A DNA stretch of 64,000 nucleotides from an uncultured cyanobacterium (GTDB taxonomy: Bacteria > Cyanobacteriota > Cyanobacteriia > Cyanobacteriales > Cyanobacteriaceae): positions 299,800 to 363,799 of the forward strand of contig CAVQBA010000001.1 of assembly GCA_963710605.1 (NCBI GenBank), read 5' to 3'. This document shows positions 1-9,797 of this stretch, piece by piece. Each line of letters starts with the position of its first letter. The stretch's first letter is position 1. The position numbers and the translations under genes were made by a program. The notes beneath the pieces were generated by a model that saw only the letters and a program-made list of their open reading frames with translations, did no database searches and had not been told where the DNA came from.

Positions 1-2239
1 TTTTAGTGGCGGTTAAAAATTCGCTCATGGATTGACGTAAGTTTTCTGGCATTTGAGCAATTTTAGCTTTTAACTGTTCAGGAATATAGTCGTTATAGGC
101 TTTGAGTTTATTGCCTCGTAACCATTCCCCCATCCCATCACCATCACCTGCGGCTAAAATGTACCAATCAGTGGGATTATTACCAACTTGATAATGTTTG
201 GTTATTTCAAGCCGTAGTTTAACTAATTCATTTTTTTTCGCTGTTAATATTTGTTGGCTTGAATTATCAGGAGTAGAAGGATTAAACTCGTCAATTAACC
301 AACCTGCATTTAACAAACGAGGATTTAACCATTTTGGTTGATGTTTGGCTATCCACGGAATACCCCAAGGTAAATTAGCGGGTGATTCTTGATTCTGATT
401 TGCCCAAGGAAATTGATTGACTATACTTTGACAAGCTTGATGATAATAATCGATCGCTTCTTGGTCTTCATTTTCAGCTAAACTTCTTAAGTAACCTGCT
501 ACACCCGAACTTAAATCTGGATAAAGAATTGGTACTTTAGTATTTTCCAAGTTATCATTAGGATAAAGTTCAGCTAACAAAATTTGGTGTAAAACACGTT
601 TGAGTATTTCACTAGGATTGAGTTGTTCAATGCCATCAAATAAACCTAAAGTTTCTGTCCAAAATTGACGTGTCTCTCCTTCTGTAACCCATTCTGTTTG
701 ATTCTGAGCCATTACGGGGTGAGCTACTGAACCAATTCCTGAGATAGTCGATTGAGGTGCAAAACAAGTTGGTATTTTCCAGTTACGAGCATTTTTTACT
801 GCATTTAAACTATAACGTAACTGATCAAATGTACTTGCCCACCATGAACCAACATTAAGATTAGATTTTTGATTGCTATTTTGTTGTTGACAAAAGACAA
901 AAACTGCTTCTAAAAATTGTTGTTCTGAATTTAAAAATAATCCAGGTTGAGGATTAGCGTAATTGTTTTGTTGTTGAATCCATTGATTATATTCTGTTGC
1001 TTCTAGATTAGAGACAGTTGCTGATTTTTGAGGTTGAAAAGATACACTTAATTGTTCGATATCAGGATTACCCATCGGGATAGAAACCCAATAACTTTGC
1101 CATTGTGCTTTTAACCAACTATTCCATACAGGTAAATTAATCTCTTGCCATTGCTTACCTTGATGTCTGTTTTGAATAAAAGTTAAGACTACATCACCTA
1201 ATTTTTGCCATTCTTTTTTAAGGGTATTATCAGCATATTCCATCGCCGCTTTGACTGGATTGTTTTTGATGGTATTTTCATCTTTACCATTATTGGGTAA
1301 TATCATAACTAAAACATTGGGAAATCCTGCGGTTAAAATTGATTCGGTGGCTGGTTTTTTAATCCATTGAGCAAAATCAGGATATTTTTGTAATAACCAA
1401 TGATCGATTAATGGTTGTTCATACAGACAAGGATACAATAAGGTATCAGCACCATATTTAAAAGCGATCGCCCAGGCTACTTTTGCACTAAGATAATGCA
1501 ATAACCACGAACCCGCCCAAAAATCACGCATCTTCCGACTAGCTTTAATTAATTCTTGTACTGGGCTAAAACTAAAGGTAGTTAGATAAGGGCGAGATTG
1601 TTCAAATTCTTCAGTTTCTGTTTGGGGATATTGGTTTTCATCATTATAATAACCTGCTAATCCACCTGCGATAGCGGAAGTCATCGTCACCTGACTCCAA
1701 ATAGAAGCATCTGGTAATTTAGTTTCTGCGGGTAACAGATGAATATTAGCTTCTTGCCCCGCAATGATTTCGGGATAACACCGCCATAACCACCAATGAA
1801 CTTTTTGGGGATTTTGCCAATCTTTAATTTGATTTAAGGCATTTCTTTGGATATTTTCTAAAAATTGCGGTTGTGTATTGTCGATTAATTTATCATGCCA
1901 ATTATCACAAATAACTTGTTGTGGCTTCCCTGAGAGTAGATGATGGACGGCTATTCCTGCGTCATTATATTTGACTTCACTATATTCATTCGGTAATTTA
2001 TCTATAGTAGTACGATCGCTTGCCGAAGCAATTGATTCAGATAAACCAATTCTTGTTAGCCATTCTTGATTAAAATTATGCGGTTGAGTTTGAGTATTTT
2101 GAGTAGGAGATACCCAATCAGTCATACAAGCGAGTATTTTCCAAAGTTCAGATGTTTGACCATTACTACTAGATGAATTTTTAAGTAATGGTTGATGAAG
2201 CAATCCCCAAATTTTAGCTTGCCAGTAAGCTTTTGTCAC
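1..2239 (-). CDS. cas10: Type III-B CRISPR effector large subunit Cas10/Cmr2 (3' end runs off the window)
   Basis: Not in the ORF track. Manual translation from GTG at 2239 gives MTKAYWQAKIWGLLHQP...; same-frame motifs SRKMRDFWAGSWLLHYL (~1540), TAGFPN (~1333) and palm motif ILAAGDGDGMG (~160) are typical of cyanobacterial Cmr2. Frame spot-checked at these motifs, not codon by codon. Confidence 0.9.
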   Translation of the reverse strand, partial: MTKAYWQAKIWGLLHQPLLKNSSSSNGQTSELWKILACMTDWVSPTQNTQTQPHNFNQEWLTRIGLSESIASASDRTTIDKLPNEYSEVKYNDAGIAVHHLLSGKPQQVICDNWHDKLIDNTQPQFLENIQRNALNQIKDWQNPQKVHWWLWRCYPEIIAGQEANIHLLPAETKLPDASIWSQVTMTSAIAGGLAGYYNDENQYPQTETEEFEQSRPYLTTFSFSPVQELIKASRKMRDFWAGSWLLHYLSAKVAWAIAFKYGADTLLYPCLYEQPLIDHWLLQKYPDFAQWIKKPATESILTAGFPNVLVMILPNNGKDENTIKNNPVKAAMEYADNTLKKEWQKLGDVVLTFIQNRHQGKQWQEINLPVWNSWLKAQWQSYWVSIPMGNPDIEQLSVSFQPQKSATVSNLEATEYNQWIQQQNNYANPQPGLFLNSEQQFLEAVFVFCQQQNSNQKSNLNVGSWWASTFDQLRYSLNAVKNARNWKIPTCFAPQSTISGIGSVAHPVMAQNQTEWVTEGETRQFWTETLGLFDGIEQLNPSEILKRVLHQILLAELYPNDNLENTKVPILYPDLSSGVAGYLRSLAENEDQEAIDYYHQACQSIVNQFPWANQNQESPANLPWGIPWIAKHQPKWLNPRLLNAGWLIDEFNPSTPDNSSQQILTAKKNELVKLRLEITKHYQVGNNPTDWYILAAGDGDGMGEWLRGNKLKAYNDYIPEQLKAKIAQMPENLRQSMSEFLTATK

Positions 2240-2470
2240 AATTTATTTTGATTGATAATTTCTAATAATTTAATTTAACCAATTATTTCGTTGTCTGTCA
2301 CGAAAAAGAAAATATTATCTTTTTTTTCTTTGGTTGGTTTAAGCATAGATTATATCTAAGTTATTTTACTCTTCTGATTAACTTTATAAATATTATCTTT
2401 TTAAAGAATATCGCAATAATAATTAGCAATAATAACAACATATTTATCTTCCATCACCGAATTACTATAA

Positions 2471-2767
2471 ATGAATATCTCTTCGCAAGGAACATTAATC
2501 AAGAATATTTCGATTGCTTTTTTTAATGGTTTAATCACCTTAATCTTATTACTAATCGCCCCTTTAGGACTTGCTACCGTAATTTTTAATACCCTAGCTA
2601 TTACAATATCTAGTTTTGCAGTAGCAACTTTATTTGACAAAATTACTGAGTGGTTAATTACCTCAGCCCGATTAAAAACTTTAGATAAATCTTTATCTAA
2701 TCATCCAATACCTGATAATTTGTTACCGAATCCTGACAAAAACAAGATTGACAGAATAGATAGATAA
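2471..2767 (+). CDS. csx18: CRISPR-associated membrane protein Csx18
   Basis: 98 aa, two hydrophobic segments (NGLITLILLLIAPLGLATVIFNTL), directly upstream of cas1 as in cyanobacterial type III loci. Confidence 0.8.
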   Translation: MNISSQGTLIKNISIAFFNGLITLILLLIAPLGLATVIFNTLAITISSFAVATLFDKITEWLITSARLKTLDKSLSNHPIPDNLLPNPDKNKIDRIDR

Positions 2768-2777
2768 AACAACAATA

Positions 2778-3770
2778 ATGCAAACTTTATACGTTTCTAC
2801 ACAAGGGTGTTATTTATGTCTAGAAAAAGAATTAATCGTCATCAAAAAACAAGGTGAAATCTTAAATAAAGCCCAATTACCATTACTCGAACAGATTTTA
2901 ATTTTTGGTCAATCTCATTTAACTACCCAAGCTATTCGGGCTTGTTTGTTTTTTAATATTCCCATTGTTTATCTTTCTCGCATGGGTTATTGTTATGGAC
3001 GTACGATCGCAATCGATCGAGGTTATCGTCAGTTAGCTCGTTATCAACAACAAGTTACTTTAGTTGATAAATTAATTGTTGCCCGTCAGATTGTTACGGG
3101 AAAATTAAACAATTGTAAAATAATTTTACAAAGACAACAAAGAAAAAAGTCACATTTAGAATTAAATAAAGCAATTCAAAGTTTAGATCATCTTAAAAAA
3201 CAAGTTGCTAATGCCGAACAAATCGATCGTTTGATGGGTTACGAAGGTGCAGGGGCGGCAATTTATTTTCCTGCTTTCGGAAAATGTATTAGTAACACTG
3301 ATTTTTTATTTTATCATCGCTCTCGTCGCCCTCCTACTAACGAAATTAACGCCCTACTTAGTTTTGGTTATCAAATATTATGGAATCACTTATTTGCTTT
3401 GATTGAAATACAAGGGTTAGATCCGTATTATGGTTGTTTACACCAAGATTCAACAGGTCATGCAGTTTTAGCTTCTGATTTGATTGAAGAATTTAGGGCA
3501 AGTATTGTTGATTCTCTGGTTTTATATTTAGTTAATAAAAAAATCATCAAAGCCGAAACAGATTTTGTTTTTCGTGATGGTGGTTGTTTTCTCAGTGACT
3601 TAGGTAGAAGAAAATACCTTCGTGCTTTTTTAACTAGGATGGAAGAAACAGTAACTAATGATAAGCAAGAAAAGTTACCTCGCTGGGAATTGTTGATGCA
3701 ACAGGTAAGAAAAATCAAACAATTTTTTTATCATCCCATCAATGGTTATCAACCTTATTTGCTTAAGTAA
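2778..3770 (+). CDS. cas1: CRISPR-associated endonuclease Cas1
   Basis: MQTLYV start, LMGYEGAGAAIYF, RRPPTNEINALLSFGY, GCLH, LASDLIEEFR motifs. Confidence 0.97.
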   Translation: MQTLYVSTQGCYLCLEKELIVIKKQGEILNKAQLPLLEQILIFGQSHLTTQAIRACLFFNIPIVYLSRMGYCYGRTIAIDRGYRQLARYQQQVTLVDKLIVARQIVTGKLNNCKIILQRQQRKKSHLELNKAIQSLDHLKKQVANAEQIDRLMGYEGAGAAIYFPAFGKCISNTDFLFYHRSRRPPTNEINALLSFGYQILWNHLFALIEIQGLDPYYGCLHQDSTGHAVLASDLIEEFRASIVDSLVLYLVNKKIIKAETDFVFRDGGCFLSDLGRRKYLRAFLTRMEETVTNDKQEKLPRWELLMQQVRKIKQFFYHPINGYQPYLLK

Positions 3771-3772
3771 CT

Positions 3773-4057
3773 TTGATTTTGTTTTATTTAATTTGTTACG
3801 ACATACCTGATGATAAAAGGAGGAAAAAAATCGCCGCTCTTCTTGAAGGTTATGGGGAGAGGGTTCAATATAGTGTTTTTGAGTGTAATTTAAAAACCAA
3901 ACAATATCGAGTGTTACAAATCAGACTGCGAAAAATATTCAATCCAGAAAAAGATAATCTCAGATTTTATCCTATTTCTACTCATACTTTTGCTCAAATA
4001 GAAGTTTGGGGAGTCGCTGTTGAGGTTACTTCTCCTGCTGATTCGATTATTATTTGA
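3773..4057 (+). CDS. cas2: CRISPR-associated endoribonuclease Cas2
   Basis: YLICYDIPDDKRRKK, YGERVQYSVFEC motifs; follows cas1. Confidence 0.97.
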   Translation: MILFYLICYDIPDDKRRKKIAALLEGYGERVQYSVFECNLKTKQYRVLQIRLRKIFNPEKDNLRFYPISTHTFAQIEVWGVAVEVTSPADSIII

Positions 4058-4245
4058 ATATATTGTGATGACTATCATTGAATAATCTCTTAAACCTACC
4101 AATATCGTTTTAACCCTCGCTCTCCCTATCAATGGGGTTTTTAGCTATTTTTACTTGCCTATTTTCATCTTTGCTTCTACAATATTTCTATCGCTCGGAA
4201 ATGGCTTCTGCAATTATTGCTAGATATAACTTTGACGATCGAACC
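4058..4245 (+). promoter_or_regulatory. CRISPR leader
   Basis: AT-rich non-coding stretch between cas2 and the first repeat; the repeat ends in ATTGAAAC on the + strand, so + strand transcription is likely. Confidence 0.7.
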
Positions 4246-6884
4246 CTCTGCCTTCGTGGTGGAAACTACTTGAATTGAAACAGTTGAATCTAAAAGTCTT
4301 TACTTGTTAGACTAGATCTCTGCCTTCGTGGTGGAAACTACTTGAATTGAAACCTTTCAATAATATGTTCGAACTAATTTCTAATAAACTCTGCCTTCGT
4401 GGTGGAAACTACTTGAATTGAAACTTCTCGAACTAGCAATCCATCAGCTCTGCCTTCGTGGTGGAAACTACTTGAATTGAAACAAAAAAAGCAGTCTATG
4501 TGCTTAAACTCTGCCTTCGTGGTGGAAACTACTTGAATTGAAACGTTGAGTATAGATCTACTAAACTATAATTGTATAATCATATCGCCGAGGGGAGAAT
4601 CTCTGCCTTCGTGGTGGAAACTACTTGAATTGAAACTTCCTTTCCCTGTAAAAGGAGCAGTCTGCTTCACTGAATGTGCTCTGCCTTCGTGGTGGAAACT
4701 ACTTGAATTGAAACACGTTTAAATACCCAATAATACCAGTGCAGTTAAACGCCTCTGCCTTCGTGGTGGAAACTACTTGAATTGAAACTTTGTTTCACTC
4801 AGTTTTACTCGTAGGTGTCCTTCCTCCTGCTCTGCCTTCGTGGTGGAAACTACTTGAATTGAAACTCAACGGTATAAGTCCATTCTTTAGATATCTGATT
4901 TTCTCTGCCTTCGTGGTGGAAACTACTTGAATTGAAACTTCAGCTAGATTAGTTACTTCAGTAGCATCTGTACTAACTCTGCCTTCGTGGTGGAAACTAC
5001 TTGAATTGAAACGCTAAGCCACTAAACTCTTAACATAAAACCAACTTAACTCTCTGCCTTCGTGGTGGAAACTACTTGAATTGAAACTGTTCGCTTATAG
5101 AATGTCTCTTCCATATATATTGGCTCTGCCTTCGTGGTGGAAACTACTTGAATTGAAACACAACATGACTGCTAGTGGGTGCTCTACTAAATCATGTCTT
5201 ACTCTGCCTTCGTGGTGGAAACTACTTGAATTGAAACATGTCGGGGACAATGCCCAACTAAGAGCTGTTAAACTCTGCCTTCGTGGTGGAAACTACTTGA
5301 ATTGAAACTAAGGCTTCTAAAGATATAGCTATAGATTGGTTTATTTCCCTCTGCCTTCGTGGTGGAAACTACTTGAATTGAAACAACAGTTAATTGTTCT
5401 ACTAAAGACTCTTTAATAGTCTCTGCCTTCGTGGTGGAAACTACTTGAATTGAAACAATCCGAGTTGACCGAACAGGAAATTCACTGCCCACATACTCTG
5501 CCTTCGTGGTGGAAACTACTTGAATTGAAACAGCTTCCCAATTACCATTTCAAAATCTTTTCTGACTCTGCCTTCGTGGTGGAAACTACTTGAATTGAAA
5601 CAAAAGAATTTTATCCTCTCCTAAATTAGAGGTCAATTTCTCTGCCTTCGTGGTGGAAACTACTTGAATTGAAACGAGAATGCAATTGTTGTCAAGAGCA
5701 TCCCGACAATGCTCTGCCTTCGTGGTGGAAACTACTTGAATTGAAACCAAAGAAGTATTTTACATACAATCTAGAGACTTCTCTCTGCCTTCGTGGTGGA
5801 AACTACTTGAATTGAAACCTTAGGCATTTCTAAATGTTGGATGCCTATAGCTAAAACTCTGCCTTCGTGGTGGAAACTACTTGAATTGAAACATAAAAGT
5901 ATTTTCTTTAAATGTGCATTCATTAAATGCTCTGCCTTCGTGGTGGAAACTACTTGAATTGAAACTGGTATAGCTTTGGGGTTGACGGCGGTAGCTTTAT
6001 CCTCTGCCTTCGTGGTGGAAACTACTTGAATTGAAACTTATTTTGGCGAGAGAATTCCTCCTCAATTAGCTTGAACCTCTGCCTTCGTGGTGGAAACTAC
6101 TTGAATTGAAACCTATTTGGTCTGTATTCATGTTCGTTGTACTAACGATGACCGTCTCTGCCTTCGTGGTGGAAACTACTTGAATTGAAACCGCACTGTA
6201 AGGTATAGGACCTGTTTTAGAATTTTGCTCTGCCTTCGTGGTGGAAACTACTTGAATTGAAACGTGACAATCTCTGGATTAAAGGCATAAATCCCTCCTA
6301 CTCTGCCTTCGTGGTGGAAACTACTTGAATTGAAACATGGCAAATCTGATTGCTTTGTGTCGTACATCTTTCTCTGCCTTCGTGGTGGAAACTACTTGAA
6401 TTGAAACCTAGTGCTAGTGTCAGTAATATTGCGATAAGACCTCTGCCTTCGTGGTGGAAACTACTTGAATTGAAACCTAAATAACTTATCGGAAGTCGTG
6501 CCGTAAATAATTCTCTGCCTTCGTGGTGGAAACTACTTGAATTGAAACATTGTTTTGTAGTCGTTTGAAAAAAGTTCGTTAATCTCTGCCTTCGTGGTGG
6601 AAACTACTTGAATTGAAACTAGTTTGTTTACCTGATTCTTCAGAGCTTTTTACTCTGCCTTCGTGGTGGAAACTACTTGAATTGAAACTCATTTGCTTCG
6701 GTCGCACGCTTCCTTAAATCATCTCTGCCTTCGTGGTGGAAACTACTTGAATTGAAACCAACTACAAGAGGTAGTCTCTGCCTTCGTGGTGGAAACTACT
6801 TGAATTGAAACGTCAAAACAATTACTTTTCCCCCGTACATTTTAGTAGCTCTGCCTTCGTGGTGGAAACTACTTGAATTGAAAC
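4246..6884 (+). CRISPR. CRISPR array, 37 repeats (36 nt, CTCTGCCTTCGTGGTGGAAACTACTTGAATTGAAAC), 36 spacers
   Basis: Repeats counted by eye from 4246 to 6849; spacers mostly 33-43 nt. A further spacer-like stretch (6885-6926) is followed by a decayed CTCTAC... remnant. Confidence 0.98.
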
Positions 6885-7039
6885 GTTTGGATATTGAATG
6901 AACCCAACGGGGGTTCAATGCTGAGCCTCTACTGGCTTTCACCTTAGCTGTACTAACTACTTTACCGCTACTAAAAGTTGAGATTGAGGGTATTGAGTAT
7001 TTTCGATCGTATTCAAGCAAAAACCAGCGAATATAGCAA

Positions 7040-8278
7040 TCAATCGATCGATATATCATAATGCCCACAAGAGTTTTTAATTTCTTGTATATGTTCATTT
7101 CTTAAAGACAAAGGATAGATAACCTCAACACTACCGCCGTATCTTTGTAACCAAAAACGAAATTCTTTTAACGATCGTGAAGGCAAGTTAATAGAATAAT
7201 CAAGATAAATTAGCTTACCATATTCATTTTTGATTTGTTTGATTGTTTGTTTGGGATGTCTTAATTCACCTTCTAGAATAAAATCGCATACAGGAGGATA
7301 AAATCTAACTTTAATTTTTTCTAACTTTAATTTTTTGTCTAACTCTTGTTTTTGAGCTTCTAAGTTACCTAAATTTAATCCCCAACCGTTACTTAATAAT
7401 TTATTAGCTTTTTTAAGACTTTCTTGTTGAGCTTTTGTGTCTCTACCAACGGCAGAAATGACTCGATAATAATTAGCAAAACGACTAATTCTACCGATAA
7501 TCAGTTGGTTGTTTTGGCTATTTTCGTAAAGTAAATACCAAGAAATATTATAGTAAATTAATTGTAGGGGTATGACTTGCTCTAAACCAATTTTTGGCTT
7601 TTTTGGTTGTTGGTTATAAAGATCAGATTTTCTTGATATTTGAATAGTTTGACCAAGTGCGATCGCTTCTTCTAATTGAGGAATATAATGAAATAAAGTC
7701 TGACGATTCTGACTCTTATTCATCATCTGTAGAGGGTCAGTATATTCGATCGCTTGATTAAGATTACGACGAATAGGGTAGCTAAAATCACTCTGAGATT
7801 CAAACTCCAAACCACGAATCCGTTGAGTCAAAATGGTATAACATTCCCTAGCAAAAGTATCACCTTGATATATTGCCATGGATTCTAGTGCATCAAAAGC
7901 TATTTTTAATTGTTGCTTATCCATCACACCTGTACCCAGATAATAACCCCAACGATACATTCTCGGTTCTAGAATACCAAAACCTTTGAGTATTTCTAAA
8001 TCTTTTCTTAATGTAGCAGTGGCAGGAAGAGGAAAATCAGCAACTAATTCATTCTCACCAGTTAAAAAATTATTATGTTGGCTTGATATTGATTTAGCTA
8101 TCACCACTATTCGCTGTCGTAACAAATCTAAGGCATTATGATGAATTTGGTTTTTTTGATTTTCTGTGTTTTCAAGGCAACCAATACCCGGATAATTAAC
8201 CATTGTCGTAATCAGTAACATCAATCTTTGAAATGATTTCAAATCACTATAACAATGTATCTGAGGTTTTTTAGCCAT
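7040..8278 (-). CDS. WYL-domain transcriptional regulator (CRISPR-associated)
   Basis: N-terminal HTH-like TLRKDLEIL, PLQLIYYNISWYLL motif, C-terminal WCX-like WLQRYGGSVEVIYPLSLR. Confidence 0.88.
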   Translation of the reverse strand: MAKKPQIHCYSDLKSFQRLMLLITTMVNYPGIGCLENTENQKNQIHHNALDLLRQRIVVIAKSISSQHNNFLTGENELVADFPLPATATLRKDLEILKGFGILEPRMYRWGYYLGTGVMDKQQLKIAFDALESMAIYQGDTFARECYTILTQRIRGLEFESQSDFSYPIRRNLNQAIEYTDPLQMMNKSQNRQTLFHYIPQLEEAIALGQTIQISRKSDLYNQQPKKPKIGLEQVIPLQLIYYNISWYLLYENSQNNQLIIGRISRFANYYRVISAVGRDTKAQQESLKKANKLLSNGWGLNLGNLEAQKQELDKKLKLEKIKVRFYPPVCDFILEGELRHPKQTIKQIKNEYGKLIYLDYSINLPSRSLKEFRFWLQRYGGSVEVIYPLSLRNEHIQEIKNSCGHYDISID

Positions 8279-8348
8279 GATTGATTATTACCGAAATACT
8301 ATTTATACAACTAAATTAGCTAATTAAGACAGCTAAATCAACTTCAGT

Positions 8349-8438
8349 ATCCCCCCTTAGTCCCCCCTTAGAAAAGGGGATTACCTAAGATGCCGAAGGC
8401 AGAGAGAGGGGTAAACGAGGGGTTAGGGGTGGTTAAAC
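8349..8438. repeat. Cyanobacterial CCCCC..AAGGGGG palindromic intergenic repeat family
   Basis: Related copies at 9616-9647, 9751-9785, 37207-37248, 42831-42865, 47485-47525 and 56709-56785. Confidence 0.7.
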
Positions 8439-8544
8439 GTCTTAAGCCGCTGATTCGATCGCTATAAAACTGGTAATCGCTATATTTATCCTAAAATACA
8501 AAATGGTGAGCAATGCTCACCCTACAAGTTTTATCGATCGATTT

Positions 8545-9381
8545 TTAATCTTTAAACTCTTTGGGTAAAGGGGTAAGTTTTCCCGTCAATTGCCAATTGT
8601 TATCAATCGCCATCTGTTTCAAATTATCAATTCTTTTTTCAGTCAAAGGATGAGTCGAAAAATATTCTGGTGTATGTTTACCATAACCTTCGGCATTAAT
8701 TTTGGTGAAAAAACCCAAACTATCAGCACCATGTCCGTAATATGCAATTATAGTTGACATTGCTTGATAATCAGCGTTTTGTTCTTGTTTACGACTATAA
8801 TTCAAATGAGTTAAACTCCCAGTTGTCGAAACAATATCCGCTCCCTGAGAATTACCACCTACACCCAAAATGGTCGAAATAAATACCAAAAATATAGTCG
8901 ATCGACCATATACTTTAAAGGCATCACGAGCAGAAATATGAGCTAATTCGTGGGCTAAAACAAAAGCCAATTCGTTTTCTGATTCCACCGCATCTAGTAA
9001 ACCCGTCGTCACAAAAATATGTCCACCAGGAGTAACAAAAGCATTAATTTGCTCTATCTCTAATAAATGTACAGTAAGAGGTATTTGTGACTCTGGAGAG
9101 TTAGCCTGAGATAAAGAAGTGACAAGTTGAGTTAGATATGGCAAACGTGGATCATTTTTTATCGTTTTTTGGACAAAGTCTGAAGGTAACAAATGCTTAC
9201 CTATTTTAACTTCTAATTCTAGACTAATACGAGTAGTAATTTGATCAGAAACTAATCCCAAAGCTAAGTAACCAAAGATGCTTACCCCCACAACTGTACC
9301 TAATAAATAAGCAAAATTTACTAGTGGATGCACGGGTGTAACGTTAACTTCTTCTTCAATCTCTTTGGGAATATATTTCAT
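8545..9381 (-). CDS. M48 family zinc metallopeptidase
   Basis: INAFVTPGG, ELAFVLAHELAHI (HEXXH), YSRKQEQNAD, STHP. Confidence 0.92.
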   Translation of the reverse strand: MKYIPKEIEEEVNVTPVHPLVNFAYLLGTVVGVSIFGYLALGLVSDQITTRISLELEVKIGKHLLPSDFVQKTIKNDPRLPYLTQLVTSLSQANSPESQIPLTVHLLEIEQINAFVTPGGHIFVTTGLLDAVESENELAFVLAHELAHISARDAFKVYGRSTIFLVFISTILGVGGNSQGADIVSTTGSLTHLNYSRKQEQNADYQAMSTIIAYYGHGADSLGFFTKINAEGYGKHTPEYFSTHPLTEKRIDNLKQMAIDNNWQLTGKLTPLPKEFKD

Positions 9382-9797
9382 TATTTTTGATAATTGATAA
9401 TTGATAATTGATAATTATTTTATTCTTTTTTATGGTTAGGTAAACCTTTTTTAAATTATTACTAACTTACAATTAACGATAACAATTTATCAATTAATTA
9501 TAGACTTTGTTATAAATAAATCGATCGTAGTCGTAAATAATATTAATTATGTACTTCACTTCTTTTTTTTATCGATTAAATAATACCAAATTCAAAAAAG
9601 AAAAAGACAGATAAATCCCCCTAAATCCCCCTTTGTAAGGGGGACTTGCAAAAAAGCAACTGTAGCAAGTTTAATTTGAATTGGTATAACCATTGAATTA
9701 AGGGTGCAAACCTTGCGACAACAAAATAAAACTGTTTATCGAAAAAAAGTTCCCCTCTTTACCGAAGGAGGGGTTAGGGGTGGTTTTAGCTTTTTTA

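Noticed and set aside
2401-4132. Minus-strand ORFs 2401-2640, 3458-3718 and 3914-4132
   Set aside because: Shadows of csx18, cas1 and cas2.
5081-5492. ORFs 5081-5305 and 5268-5492 (also 6796-7098)
   Set aside because: They lie within or overlap the CRISPR array and translate the repeats.
4246-6884. Self-targeting spacers within the window
   Set aside because: None noticed by eye; an exhaustive alignment could not be run.
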